DNA of 64,000 nt from Bacteroidota bacterium (GCA_046303115.1 JBKCGZ010000143.1:19323-83322), one strand, 5' to 3'. Shown: positions 30,762 to 41,963, counted from the first letter of the stretch. The notes: a model not told the origin generated them from the sequence alone. Numbers and translations are program-made.

Positions 30762-31424
30762 ATGAAAAATAGAGAAACACTAATCCTTCAATGGCTTATC
30801 ACATTAATTCCCGTTGTATACTATTTGTCATTATGGAAACTACTTCCTGATGAGGTACCTACTCATTATAACTTCAACTTAAAACCCGACGATTTTCAAT
30901 CGAAAGAATTTATGTTGGGTATTTTAATTTTTATGGGCTTGGTGGTAGTCGGTAGCTCGGCAGCAATTCTTAACGGAAACTCAATAGATCCGAAAAGAAA
31001 AACAGCGCAATCGGATTCTATTTTAAAAATCACAACCTGGTTAGTGACTGTATTTATTACCCTAATTATTTTTATTATAGTAATAATGACAAAAAACTAT
31101 TGTATTAAACAACCAATTGAAAGTTTTGAAAAAATAATTTTTATAGTTCTTTGCCTGTTCTTTATTTGCTTAGGCTTTTTAATGAAAAATGCAAAACCTA
31201 ATTACTTCTTTGGCATTCGGACACCGTGGACATTAGCGAGTGAAGAAAACTGGAAACAAACGCATTTATTTGGATCAAAAATATGGATCTATGGTAACAT
31301 CCTATTGGGTACAATAATATTAATTTCACCCAATAATTTATTTGCACCAATATTTATAATAGGAATTATTATACTTTCGAGTATACCTGTTTATTATTCT
31401 TATCGTTTGTATTCGAAAGAATAG
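30762..31424 (+). CDS. SdpI/YhfL-family integral membrane protein (DUF1648 + SdpI)
   Basis: 220 aa, multi-TM, with the family signature NYFFGIRTPWTLASEENWKQTH. Confidence 0.65.
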   Translation: MKNRETLILQWLITLIPVVYYLSLWKLLPDEVPTHYNFNLKPDDFQSKEFMLGILIFMGLVVVGSSAAILNGNSIDPKRKTAQSDSILKITTWLVTVFITLIIFIIVIMTKNYCIKQPIESFEKIIFIVLCLFFICLGFLMKNAKPNYFFGIRTPWTLASEENWKQTHLFGSKIWIYGNILLGTIILISPNNLFAPIFIIGIIILSSIPVYYSYRLYSKE

Positions 31425-31492
31425 AAAAAATCTAATATAGAATTAACACATTTTGTCGTTCCAAAATAAAGAAACAACAGGAGCTTTTAAAT

Positions 31493-32737
31493 TTATGCTA
31501 CGCGCAATTGATTCAAACTCGACTTCGATAATTTTTCTTTTGCGTAAGAAAGCGTAATCTCAAAATCTTTTTCTTTTTTATTTCCTGGGATTTCAAACAT
31601 TGCATCTAGCATAATTGCTTCGCAAATACTTCTTAATCCTCTTGCCCCTAACTTAAACTCTAAAGCCTTTTCAACAATATAATCGAGGACATCATTACTA
31701 AATGAAAGCTTGATACCTTCCATATCAAACAACTTCTCATATTGTTTTGTCAAAGCATTTTTAGGCTCTGTTAAAATTGCACGAAGTGTTTCTTTATCTA
31801 AAGGCGATAAGTACGTAATCATTGGTAAACGTCCAATCAATTCAGGAATTAATCCAAATGTTTTTAAATCAGCAGGACTAACATACTGCATCAAATTGCT
31901 TCTGTCAATTTCTTCTTTTTCTCCTTTCGCAGAAAATCCTAAAGAATTAGTTTGTAAGCGGCGAGAAATAATTTTATCGATTCCATCAAATGCTCCCCCA
32001 CATATAAATAAAATATGTTGTGTGTTGACAGATATCATTTTCTGCTCTGGATGCTTTCTACCTCCTTGTGGTGGAACATTAATAATTGTGTTCTCTAACA
32101 TTTTCAATAATCCCTGTTGAACACCTTCACCAGAGACATCACGTGTGATACTTGGATTATCTCCTTTGCGTGAAATTTTATCAATTTCATCGATGTACAC
32201 GATACCTCTTTCTGCAGCAGCAACATCGTAATCAGCAGCCTGCAACAAACGAGTTAAAACACTTTCTACATCTTCACCTACATAACCTGCTTCTGTTAAA
32301 ACAGTAGCATCAGCAATACAAAAAGGCACTTTTAAAAGTTTAGCAATTGTTCGCGCCAATAATGTTTTACCTGTTCCTGTTTCACCAACCATGATGATGT
32401 TCGATTTTTCAATCTCAACTTCATCTTTATCTTTTACTTTACTTTTATTAATTAATCGCTTATAGTGATTATAAACCGCAACCGACATCACCTTTTTAGC
32501 ATGATTTTGTCCGATTACATATTCGTCTAAAAACTTTTTAATATCAGTAGGCTTTGGCAAAGTAAGCGCAGACCCTAAACTAGTTTTTAGCTTTTGATCT
32601 TGCTCTTCACTAATTATATTTTGCGCCTGCGCAATGCACTGATCACAAATATGTCCGTTAATACCGGCAATAAGCACATTAGCCTGGCTTTTATCACGGC
32701 CACAAAAGGAGCAAATGATATCTTGTTTTTGTTTCAC
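31493..32737 (-). CDS. clpX: ATP-dependent Clp protease ATP-binding subunit ClpX
   Basis: 414 aa. N-terminal Zn ribbon CSFCGR...[14 protein letters not shown] Walker A and IVYIDEIDK. Confidence 0.97.
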   Translation of the reverse strand: MKQKQDIICSFCGRDKSQANVLIAGINGHICDQCIAQAQNIISEEQDQKLKTSLGSALTLPKPTDIKKFLDEYVIGQNHAKKVMSVAVYNHYKRLINKSKVKDKDEVEIEKSNIIMVGETGTGKTLLARTIAKLLKVPFCIADATVLTEAGYVGEDVESVLTRLLQAADYDVAAAERGIVYIDEIDKISRKGDNPSITRDVSGEGVQQGLLKMLENTIINVPPQGGRKHPEQKMISVNTQHILFICGGAFDGIDKIISRRLQTNSLGFSAKGEKEEIDRSNLMQYVSPADLKTFGLIPELIGRLPMITYLSPLDKETLRAILTEPKNALTKQYEKLFDMEGIKLSFSNDVLDYIVEKALEFKLGARGLRSICEAIMLDAMFEIPGNKKEKDFEITLSYAKEKLSKSSLNQLRVA

Positions 32738-32754
32738 GGTTAGGTGTATTTAAG

Positions 32755-32788
32755 GTAAAAGCCGAACACGATTGTAATCGGTTCGGCT
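32755..32788 (-). terminator. Hairpin (terminator/attenuator) between clpP and clpX
   Basis: AGCCGAAC / GTTCGGCT 8-bp stem (32760-32767 / 32781-32788). On the minus strand it is followed by TTTTACC, a short T-tract. Confidence 0.45.
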
Positions 32789-32812
32789 AATTTAAGCAAT
32801 ATTTTACGGGTA

Positions 32813-33490
32813 TTATTTAGTTCTGATTAATACTTCGTCGATCATTCCATATTCTTTCGCCTCTTGAGCTGTCATCCAGTAGTCACGATCTGAATCTTTC
32901 CAAACCTGATCGTAATCTTTACCACTATGCTTTGAAATGATTTCGTAAAGTTCTTTCTTCAACTTACCAATTTCACGAGCTGTAATTTCGATATCTGATG
33001 CTTGTCCTTCAGCACCACCTAATGGCTGATGAATCATTACGCGAGCATGTTGTAATGCGCTACGCTTTCCTTTTGTTCCACAACATAAAAGAACTGCTCC
33101 CATTGAAGCTGCCATTCCAGTACAAACCATTGCAACATCAGGCTGAATGTATTGGATAGTATCATAGATTCCTAATCCTGCATAAACAGATCCACCTGGA
33201 CTATTCATGTATATAGTAATGTCGCGTTTTGCATCAGAAGATTCAAGAAATAATAACTGTGCTTGAATGATGTTAGCAACATAATCATTAATCCCTGTAC
33301 CAAGGAAAATAATTCTATCCATCATCAAACGAGAGAAAACATCCATTTGAGCGATGTTTAACTGACGCTCTTCGATGATTGTTGGAGAGATATAATCTGC
33401 ATAAACAGAATTAATATAGCTACCTACTCCATTACTACTCATACCACGGTGCTTTACCGCGTATTTCATGAATTCATTACGAAAGTCCAT
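32813..33490 (-). CDS. clpP: ATP-dependent Clp protease proteolytic subunit
   Basis: 225 aa. Catalytic GMAASMG (Ser) and IHQPLGG (His) motifs. Confidence 0.96.
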   Translation of the reverse strand: MDFRNEFMKYAVKHRGMSSNGVGSYINSVYADYISPTIIEERQLNIAQMDVFSRLMMDRIIFLGTGINDYVANIIQAQLLFLESSDAKRDITIYMNSPGGSVYAGLGIYDTIQYIQPDVAMVCTGMAASMGAVLLCCGTKGKRSALQHARVMIHQPLGGAEGQASDIEITAREIGKLKKELYEIISKHSGKDYDQVWKDSDRDYWMTAQEAKEYGMIDEVLIRTK

Positions 33491-33515
33491 AAGTGTGTTT
33501 TATGTTTGTTTATTA

Positions 33516-34886
33516 TTAATGGTGATGATGTTGATGTTTGCTCATTATGTCGACAAACTCTTCATGCGTGACGCCTTTAACGTCCTTTTTCACAATTTGG
33601 TTCAGGTGTTCGAAAACTTTTCTTCCAGTCAAGTTCTCAATCACTCGTTGAATGTTATTCTGATCTCCTAAATAACGCTTCACCATATCTCCCAAAGTCT
33701 CCTCATTTAACAAATGAGCTTGTCCGTAACGAAGATACTGATCTACAATTAACGACTTTGCGTAATTCTCAATTTCTTCCGGATTAATCTGCATATTATT
33801 ATCAGAGTAGATTTTGTTTTCAATCAATCTCCATTTCAAATCGCGTGCATACTGGTTATATTCACGAGCTAATTGCTCTTCGGTAATTTTATCATTTGCC
33901 GACAATAACCAACGCTTTAAAAACTCATCTGGTAATTGCAAATTAGCCTCATGTAATAATGTATCTTCTAATTCATGCTTTAATGAATGCTCACTTTCAT
34001 AACGGTATCCTTCTGCAATTTCAGACTTTACTTTTTCTCTAAAACCTTCGATATCTGTAACTGCTCCATCGCCATATAATTGATCAAATAAATCAGTTGT
34101 CAATTCTGCATTTTCAACCTTATTGATTCTTTCAATTGTAAAACGGAAGTTTTTATCATAGTTCGATAAATCTTCAGATTTTAACCCAAGCATATATTTC
34201 ACTTCATCCGCTGACTTCACTGCCTGAACTGGATTAAACGTAACTACATCCATTAGTTTTTTACCAATGAATTGAGGACGAACATCAGAATCAGTAATCT
34301 TATCTAATAAAATAAAGCTTTGATTGGTATGCCCACCTTCAGCGATGTTTCCATCCGCATCTAATTCTTGGAAAGTCCCATATACAGAACATTCCGCATC
34401 TGAAACTTCTGGACTGATATACTTTCCATAACGACGTTGAATTTTTGAAATTTCATCATCGATTACTTTGCTATCAACTGTGATTTCATACGCTGTAAAT
34501 GTTTTTGAAGGAGGTAATGTAATGTTTACCTCTGGCGCTAATCCCATTTCAAAAGCAAATTCAAAATCAGCAGGATTGTCTAACGACATTTCAAAATTAT
34601 TATCTGGCTTTGGCATTGGGTTACCAAGAACTTTAATATTATTATCGTTGATATGCTTATCAACTGCGTCTGAAACGATTTTGTTTAGCTCTTCAACTAA
34701 TAACGACTTACCATACATTTTGCGAACTAGGCCTGGAGGTACCATTCCTTTTCTAAAACCTGGCATGTTAACTTGCTTAGAGTATTTTTTAATGGCTGTA
34801 TCCACAGCAGGTTTGTAATCTTCTGGGGCAATCTGAACTTTTAAAACTGCGTTTAAACTGTCTACTTTTTCTTGAATAATATTCAT
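33516..34886 (-). CDS. tig: Trigger factor (with a natural His-rich C-terminal tail)
   Basis: 456 aa. N-terminal ribosome-binding motif (GFRKGMVP), FKBP-like middle domain and C-terminal arm domain. Ends ...MSKHQHHHH. Confidence 0.9.
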   Translation of the reverse strand: MNIIQEKVDSLNAVLKVQIAPEDYKPAVDTAIKKYSKQVNMPGFRKGMVPPGLVRKMYGKSLLVEELNKIVSDAVDKHINDNNIKVLGNPMPKPDNNFEMSLDNPADFEFAFEMGLAPEVNITLPPSKTFTAYEITVDSKVIDDEISKIQRRYGKYISPEVSDAECSVYGTFQELDADGNIAEGGHTNQSFILLDKITDSDVRPQFIGKKLMDVVTFNPVQAVKSADEVKYMLGLKSEDLSNYDKNFRFTIERINKVENAELTTDLFDQLYGDGAVTDIEGFREKVKSEIAEGYRYESEHSLKHELEDTLLHEANLQLPDEFLKRWLLSANDKITEEQLAREYNQYARDLKWRLIENKIYSDNNMQINPEEIENYAKSLIVDQYLRYGQAHLLNEETLGDMVKRYLGDQNNIQRVIENLTGRKVFEHLNQIVKKDVKGVTHEEFVDIMSKHQHHHH

Positions 34887-34920
34887 TGGATATACTTTGT
34901 TTACTATTTGATTTACAATT

Positions 34921-34959
34921 AATAAAAGAAGGCAGCCGTGCTATTGCAAAGCTGCCTTC
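34921..34959 (-). terminator. Intrinsic terminator after tRNA-Leu
   Basis: GAAGGCAGC / GCTGCCTTC 9-bp stem (34928-34936 / 34951-34959). On the minus strand it is followed by TTTTATT. Confidence 0.8.
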
Positions 34960-34970
34960 CGTCCGATTTG

Positions 34971-35052
34971 TGCGCATGGAGGGACTCGAACCCCCACGCC
35001 GTGAAGCACCAGATCCTAAGTCTGGCGCGGCTACCAATTACGCCACATGCGC
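34971..35052 (-). tRNA. tRNA-Leu (anticodon UAG)
   Basis: Hand-folded on the minus strand: acceptor GCGCATG/CATGCGC, anticodon stem CCAGA/TCTGG with loop CTTAGGA, long variable arm (class II), T-loop GGTTCGAGTCC and discriminator A. No encoded CCA. Confidence 0.9.
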
Positions 35053-35224
35053 AAATCAGTGAATTATTCTATTACCTTGAATAATCTGGATGCAAAAATA
35101 ATTATTTAAAGAACAATTTGAAGAACAATTCTAAAATATCGAATAATTCTTTTATCAATCGGGTCGCAAAAATAGCAATCATTGACTTATCTTTTGCAAA
35201 TTCGCATCATCATTTTAAACTTTA

Positions 35225-36133
35225 ATGAATAATAAAATGCTAAAAGTAATCCCCTCTCAGCTAAAAGTATCTGAAATTCACCAATATATGTTGGATTCTA
35301 TTGCTCCACGACCAATTGCTTTTGTTTCAACAATCGATAAAGAAGGACATGTAAACTTAAGTCCTTTTAGTTTTTTTAATGCTTTTGGGGCAAATCCTCC
35401 TATTTTAATTTTCAGTCCTGCATTACGTGGCCGCGATGGTGCCACTAAAAACACCTTGGACAACATAAAGGATATCAAAGAATGTGTGGTAAACATTGTA
35501 GACTACAAAATGGTTCAGCAAATGTCACTCGCAAGCACTGAGTACCCTAAGGGCGTCAATGAGTTTGTCAAGGCAGGCCTAACAGAAGAAAAATCCGAGT
35601 TAGTAAAACCTCCACGTGTTAAAGAGGCCCCTGTCCAAATGGAATGTGTTGTTAAAGAAGTAATATCGACAGGCGATAAAGGTGGTGCAGCGCAATTAGT
35701 CATCTGTGAAATTGTTATGATGCATATAAATGAAGAGGTAATTGGTGATGATGGCCGAATTGACCCTATTAAAATCGATCAGGTTGCAAGAATGGGTGGC
35801 AACTGGTATAGCAGAGCAGCAAAAGGTTTGTTCAGCATTCCTAAACCTTTAACCACATTAGGGATTGGTGTTGATCAATTACCCGTATCAATAAAAAATA
35901 GCACTATTCTTACTGGAAATGATTTAGGCATGCTAGGAAATTCAGAGCGCATTCCCTCTGAAGAAGAAATTTCTGATTTTAAAAACAGAGAAGATGTGAA
36001 AAATTTTCTGAGCGCTTTAGAGGGAGATGCAGAGAATTTAACAACTGCAGTTCATATTGCAGCACACAAACTGCTCTCAGAAAACAAAATAAACGATGCT
36101 TGGTTATTGCTAATGAGTATTGATAAAAAGTAG
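35225..36133 (+). CDS. Flavin reductase-like domain protein with a ~90-aa C-terminal extension
   Basis: 302 aa. The N-terminal ~200 aa have flavin-reductase/FMN-binding split-barrel features (PRPIAFVST...NLSPFSFFN). Confidence 0.6.
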   Translation: MNNKMLKVIPSQLKVSEIHQYMLDSIAPRPIAFVSTIDKEGHVNLSPFSFFNAFGANPPILIFSPALRGRDGATKNTLDNIKDIKECVVNIVDYKMVQQMSLASTEYPKGVNEFVKAGLTEEKSELVKPPRVKEAPVQMECVVKEVISTGDKGGAAQLVICEIVMMHINEEVIGDDGRIDPIKIDQVARMGGNWYSRAAKGLFSIPKPLTTLGIGVDQLPVSIKNSTILTGNDLGMLGNSERIPSEEEISDFKNREDVKNFLSALEGDAENLTTAVHIAAHKLLSENKINDAWLLLMSIDKK

Positions 36134-36276
36134 TTTTCTCCTCTGAAAATTGATTTTTATCTGCATTTTCAAATTCTATTTTTTGATTTTTATAACACTG
36201 TTTTTTCTCCTCTGACATCAGAGGAGAAAATCAACAATGATTGTTAATAAATTTTCAGAGGGAGCCTCCTCTGAAA
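36134..36276. repeat. Cluster of CCTCTGA/TCAGAGG repeats forming two strong hairpins
   Basis: TTTTCTCCTCTGA occurs at 36134-36146 and 36203-36215. Its exact reverse complement TCAGAGGAGAAAA is at 36218-36230, giving a 13-bp perfect stem with a 2-nt spacer. A second hairpin, TTTCAGAGG / CCTCTGAAA, is at 36253-36261 / 36268-36276. Neither hairpin has a trailing T-tract. Confidence 0.7.
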
Positions 36277-36326
36277 GAAACTTGCAATTATTTTAGCATC
36301 ACTCAATCGTTAACACAATAACTAAC

Positions 36327-36758
36327 ATGGCAAAGAAAACTGCAAAGAAAGCAGCTCCTAAGAAGGCTGCGAAGAAAGCGGCTCCTAAGAAGGCTGCTAA
36401 GAAGGCTGCTCCTAAGAAAGCTGCTAAGAAAGCTGCTCCTAAGAAAGCTGCTAAGAAAGCTGCTCCTAAGAAAGCTGCTAAGAAGGCTACAAAAGCAAAA
36501 ACTAAGCGTACTCCAAACGCTGCTTTCATGAAGCCAATGAAAATCTCTGATACTTTAGCTGCGGTAGTAGGCAACAAGCCACTTCCACGTACTGAAGTTG
36601 TAAAAGCTTTATGGGCTTACATCAAGAAAAACAAATTGCAAGATCCAAAAGAGAAGCGTAACATCAACGCTGATGCTAACTTGCAAAAAGTATTCGGAGG
36701 AAAGAAAACAGTTTCAATGTTTGAAATGACTAAATTAGTTAGCAAGCATTTATCGTAA
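36327..36758 (+). CDS. SWIB/MDM2 domain protein with an N-terminal histone-H1-like KKAAPKKAA repeat tail
   Basis: 143 aa. Residues 7-51 are five KKAAPKKAA units. The C-terminal ~85 aa (MKISDTLAAVVGNKPLPRTEVVKALWAYIKKNKLQDPKEKRNINADANLQKVFG) form a typical SWIB/MDM2 fold sequence. Confidence 0.85.
   Translation: MAKKTAKKAAPKKAAKKAAPKKAAKKAAPKKAAKKAAPKKAAKKAAPKKAAKKATKAKTKRTPNAAFMKPMKISDTLAAVVGNKPLPRTEVVKALWAYIKKNKLQDPKEKRNINADANLQKVFGGKKTVSMFEMTKLVSKHLS
36345..36479 (+). repeat. In-frame 27-bp tandem repeat, 5 copies, last three nearly or fully identical
   Basis: The unit is aagaaagctgctcctaagaaagctgct. Early copies differ at synonymous positions; the last two copies are identical at the nucleotide level. 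Confidence 0.9.
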
Positions 36759-36780
36759 TTCTATCCAATTACTTTATAAA

Positions 36781-36808
36781 AAAGGCGGACAACAGTTCGC
36801 CTTTTTTT
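36781..36808 (+). terminator. Intrinsic terminator after the SWIB gene
   Basis: GGCGGAC / GTTCGCC stem (one G-U pair) with a 4-nt loop, followed by T7. Confidence 0.75.
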
Positions 36809-36845
36809 ATTTTTATTACTTTTAACGACGATTAAGAAATACTCT

Positions 36846-37556
36846 ATGCACGACCATCACGATCATCATGTTGAAGAACATTTCACAAGTAGCGAATTAG
36901 TAAGAGATATTGTTATTGGAATGGCTGATGGACTAACCGTTCCTTTTGCATTGGCTGCTGGAATTAGTGGTGCTGTTGATTCAAATGCAATTGTAATTAC
37001 AGCAGGTGTTGCAGAAATCATAGCCGGCTCTATTGCAATGGGATTGGGTGGTTATCTAGCCGGAAAAACCGAGGTAGACCACTACGCTGCAGAGTTAAAG
37101 AGAGAGTATTACGAAGTAGACCACCTTCCTGAAAGAGAAAAACAAGAAGTAAAGGATGTATTAGGTCAATACGGCATCAGCATCGCAACGCAAAATCAGG
37201 TAGCTGAGGAATTATCTCAAAATAAAGATAAATGGGTTGACTTCATGATGAAATTTGAATTGGGACTAGAAGAACCACATCCTGATAGAGCAAAGAAAAG
37301 TGCATTTAACATTGCTGCTTCTTATATCGTTGGTGGATTTATTCCGTTGAGTGCTTACTTTTTTACTGATCATCCGCACGAAGGAATTAAATACTCTGCA
37401 ATCATTACTCTTATTGCACTAGCGGCCTTCGGATATTTCAAAAGTAAAGTAACTGGACAAAACACATTGAATGGAGCATTAAGAACAATGTTAGTTGGAG
37501 CTACGGCAGCTGCAGCTGCATATTTTATCGCTACCTGGATTGACCAGTCTTTTTAA
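36846..37556 (+). CDS. VIT1/CCC1-family iron/manganese transporter
   Basis: 236 aa. His-rich N-terminus (MHDHHDHH), RDIVIGMADGLTVPFALAAG, a central acidic cytoplasmic helix region and C-terminal TM helices. Confidence 0.8.
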   Translation: MHDHHDHHVEEHFTSSELVRDIVIGMADGLTVPFALAAGISGAVDSNAIVITAGVAEIIAGSIAMGLGGYLAGKTEVDHYAAELKREYYEVDHLPEREKQEVKDVLGQYGISIATQNQVAEELSQNKDKWVDFMMKFELGLEEPHPDRAKKSAFNIAASYIVGGFIPLSAYFFTDHPHEGIKYSAIITLIALAAFGYFKSKVTGQNTLNGALRTMLVGATAAAAAYFIATWIDQSF

Positions 37557-38659
37557 TTAGTAGATTGCTTTACATCAAAAGCATCCCGCAATCCATTTCC
37601 TAAAAATGTAAAGGCCATAACTAAAATGGCAATTGCAATACCTGGAGCAATTGCAAGATAAGCTGAATCAACTACTATGTATCCGTAATTTTCTTTAATC
37701 ATCATTCCCCAACTTGGCATTGGAGGTTGCGCTCCTAAACCTAAAAAGCTTAATCCCGCCTCTAACAAAATGGCTGATGCAAAATTAGAAGCAGCGATAA
37801 CAATCACAGGCCCCATAACATTTGGCAAAATATGTTTGAATATTATTCGTGAGTTTTTAAATCCGAATGATCGTCCTGCTTCCACAAACTGTGCTTCTCG
37901 AAGACTAAAAAATTGACCACGAACGAGGCGAGTAACTTCCACCCACATTGTTAATCCAACCGCAATAAAAACCTGCACAAAGCCTTTTCCCAGAGCTAAT
38001 GTTATTGCAACCACTAAAAGCAACGTTGGTATTGACCATACCACATTGACAAGCCATGTAATTAAACTATCAACAATACCTCGGTAATATCCGGCGAGTG
38101 CTCCCAATGTAATTCCTATTATAAGTGAAATAAAAACGGCAATAAATCCGACAGAAATAGAAACACGTGAAGCTAAAATCAAACGACTAAATACATCACG
38201 ACCAAACTTATCAGTTCCTAATAAATATGTTTTTTTAGTCACATATTTTTCAATTCCCTTTTGATTAAAACTAATAAGATTGCTCGTTGATATTGACTGC
38301 CATTGAGCATCTTCATTTCCCAATTCAATGAATAAAATGGAATCATTTTGTAATTGAAATTTAGAAACAGGAATCAATTGAAATGTCTCTTCACGTCCGC
38401 CAAAAAAATCAGCGAAAGTATTTTTATCATTGCTGCCAACTGGTTTTACTATAAGGTAGTTTATTGTACTCCCAGGTGACAACATACCTGCCTCTAAACA
38501 CATTTGATTGGCAAACTTAGATTTGTCAGGAATGAATAAGTAGGAAAATACAGCAAGAATAAATGTAATAACTACTACTGCTAATCCAAACATCGCAAAA
38601 CGATTTTTTTTAAAACGTTTCCAAACAATATTACCAAGTGACTTTGATTGCTCTTGCAT
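37553..38659 (-). CDS. ABC transporter permease (OppC/DppC-like binding-protein-dependent family)
   Basis: 368 aa. N-terminal TM, long periplasmic loop, then the BPD_transp_1 core with the EAA-like SLREAQFVEAGRSFG motif. No partner ABC genes are adjacent. Confidence 0.8.
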   Translation of the reverse strand: MQEQSKSLGNIVWKRFKKNRFAMFGLAVVVITFILAVFSYLFIPDKSKFANQMCLEAGMLSPGSTINYLIVKPVGSNDKNTFADFFGGREETFQLIPVSKFQLQNDSILFIELGNEDAQWQSISTSNLISFNQKGIEKYVTKKTYLLGTDKFGRDVFSRLILASRVSISVGFIAVFISLIIGITLGALAGYYRGIVDSLITWLVNVVWSIPTLLLVVAITLALGKGFVQVFIAVGLTMWVEVTRLVRGQFFSLREAQFVEAGRSFGFKNSRIIFKHILPNVMGPVIVIAASNFASAILLEAGLSFLGLGAQPPMPSWGMMIKENYGYIVVDSAYLAIAPGIAIAILVMAFTFLGNGLRDAFDVKQSTN

Positions 38660-38700
38660 TGAAAAGCAATATTATTGTTTTTATCAATATAATCGATTGA

Positions 38701-39306
38701 TCAATTGGTACAATTACAACTAGGAGAAAACATCACCTTAGTATCTGGCAAAAGACTTTCAATTTGCATCTGCTCATCATTGGAGAAAAGAATTCCACGT
38801 AATTCAAGAACCTGAAGATTATGTAGGTTTTTCATTTCCTCGGGAATGGCCTCAAGTTCATTATCCCACATTTCAAGAACCTGTAAGTTTTTCATTTGAC
38901 CCATTTCATGTGGCAGATTTTCAATCAGATTTCTGTTTAACCCTAAATAATATACATTTTCTAATTTACCAATGGAAGAAGGAAGCTCTATTAAATCATT
39001 ATTACTTAAGTCGAGGTATTGCAAATTCACTAAATCACCTATCCATGGAGGAATGTCTTTCAAATTATTTTTCTCCAATTTAAGCCACTGAAGGTTGGGC
39101 AACTTTTTAATATCATCAGGAACAACTTTTAATTTTTTCTTGCTCAAATCAAGAGCAAAAACAGAATCGGCATTATTTAAAGCAAAATCCAGGTCTTTAT
39201 AAACCTTTTGCTGAGAGAGTGTGAGTGAATCCAATAAATTCTGAGCAATAACATCCTTTGCAAATAGCCCAATTAGAAAAATAAAAATGATTTTTTTAAT
39301 GCTCAC
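38701..39306 (-). CDS. Secreted leucine-rich-repeat protein
   Basis: 201 aa. Signal peptide, then about six LxxLxLxxNxLxxLP repeats (LQWLKLEKNNLKDIP, LQYLDLSNNDLIELP ...). Confidence 0.8.
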   Translation of the reverse strand: MSIKKIIFIFLIGLFAKDVIAQNLLDSLTLSQQKVYKDLDFALNNADSVFALDLSKKKLKVVPDDIKKLPNLQWLKLEKNNLKDIPPWIGDLVNLQYLDLSNNDLIELPSSIGKLENVYYLGLNRNLIENLPHEMGQMKNLQVLEMWDNELEAIPEEMKNLHNLQVLELRGILFSNDEQMQIESLLPDTKVMFSPSCNCTN

Positions 39307-39369
39307 AATGATAATTTATTAATCGAAAATCGATATTTAATTTTTAAATGACAAGCGTTGTACGCTAAA

Positions 39370-40296
39370 TCACGAAAGTTGTTCGGTTGCAACTGCAATA
39401 TCTTTCTTTATTTGATTAACTAAATCATCAATCACCTCAAATTTACGCTGGGCTCTTATAAAATCAACAAACTCAATTTTCAAATTTTGATTGTATAAAT
39501 CCTGATTAAAATCCAAAACATGAACTTCAATTGACTTCTTAGAATCATTAAAAGTAGGCCTGTTCCCTATGCTTACTACACATTTATGCTTTGTGTTGTC
39601 AACATATGCAAAGGCTGAATAAACTCCATCACAAGGAATTAATTTATTAGTATCGCTCAAGTAAACATTAGCTGTGGGAAACCCAAGCTTTCTGCCCATT
39701 TGATTGCCTGTTACAACTTCACCAGACAAAGAATATTTATATGATAAAAGTTGATTGGCAAGATTTATATCCCCGCTAATAAGAGCATTTCGAATTTTAG
39801 TTGAACTTACAACCACCTCCTCGATATCTTGCTCAGGTATTTTTTCGACATCAAACTTGAATTTGGAAGACAACTTAAGCAACTCATCAAAATTACCTTG
39901 ACGATTATGTCCGAATTGATGATCGTAACCCACCACCATTCGTTGCATATTTATTTTTCGTATCAAATAATCTTCAACAAACTCCCGATGTGTCAATTTT
40001 GAAAAATCGATTGTAAAGGGCTGAACAATCAAGTGTTCAATACCAAGAGATGCCAATAATTCAATTTTCTCTGTTACGGTGCTTAATAGACGTAAATCAG
40101 TTTGATCAGGAAATAAAACTGCACGTGGATGAGGATGAAATGTCATAACCACGGGATGACCATGTATACTATTTGAAGCAACCAATAATCGATTTAAAAT
40201 TTTACGATGTCCATAATGCACCCCGTCAAACGTCCCCATCGTTAAAACTACCCCATCCAATTGTGGAAATTCATCAACGCCGTAATATACTTTCAT
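39370..40296 (-). CDS. ribF: Bifunctional riboflavin kinase / FMN adenylyltransferase
   Basis: 308 aa. GTFDGVHYGH, and GFPTAN in the kinase half. Confidence 0.93.
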   Translation of the reverse strand: MKVYYGVDEFPQLDGVVLTMGTFDGVHYGHRKILNRLLVASNSIHGHPVVMTFHPHPRAVLFPDQTDLRLLSTVTEKIELLASLGIEHLIVQPFTIDFSKLTHREFVEDYLIRKINMQRMVVGYDHQFGHNRQGNFDELLKLSSKFKFDVEKIPEQDIEEVVVSSTKIRNALISGDINLANQLLSYKYSLSGEVVTGNQMGRKLGFPTANVYLSDTNKLIPCDGVYSAFAYVDNTKHKCVVSIGNRPTFNDSKKSIEVHVLDFNQDLYNQNLKIEFVDFIRAQRKFEVIDDLVNQIKKDIAVATEQLS

Positions 40297-40414
40297 CGTT
40301 TATTTTCAGTTACTTATATAGATTAAATCTGCTTTTCAACAACAATACAAAATTTGTCAAAAAGTTTAAGCGGGTCAAATTTAGAATTTATATTGGAGTT
40401 TAGGGTTTTTTATC

Positions 40415-40422
40415 TACTTTTG
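40415..40422 (+). promoter_or_regulatory. Candidate sigma-A -7 box (TACTTTTG) for atpD
   Basis: Exact TAnnTTTG match, 38 nt upstream of the atpD ATG, in the divergent ribF/atpD intergenic region. Confidence 0.4.
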
Positions 40423-40433
40423 CACCCTGATAA

Positions 40434-41963
<1,530 letters not shown>

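Noticed and set aside
33516-33545. The C-terminal HQHHHH of trigger factor resembles an engineered His-tag or cloning artefact
   Set aside because: The run is interrupted by Gln, uses mixed CAT/CAC codons, and has no vector or linker sequence around it. The genomic context (clpP-clpX downstream) is native. It is most likely a natural His-rich tail; VIT1 in this window also has a His-rich terminus.
34789-35037. 82-aa minus-strand ORF in the ORF track
   Set aside because: It overlaps the tRNA-Leu gene and its terminator, and its Arg/Ser-rich translation is an artefact of the GC-rich tRNA sequence.
36345-36479. Regular 27-bp repeats that could superficially suggest a CRISPR-like array
   Set aside because: The repeats are contiguous with no spacers, are in frame within a CDS, and encode a 9-aa peptide repeat. 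No cas genes are present.
36299-36577. Minus-strand 92-aa ORF with repeated AAFLGAAFLAAFLG
   Set aside because: Antisense shadow of the KKAAPKKAA repeat of the SWIB gene. The plus-strand frame continues into a recognisable SWIB domain.
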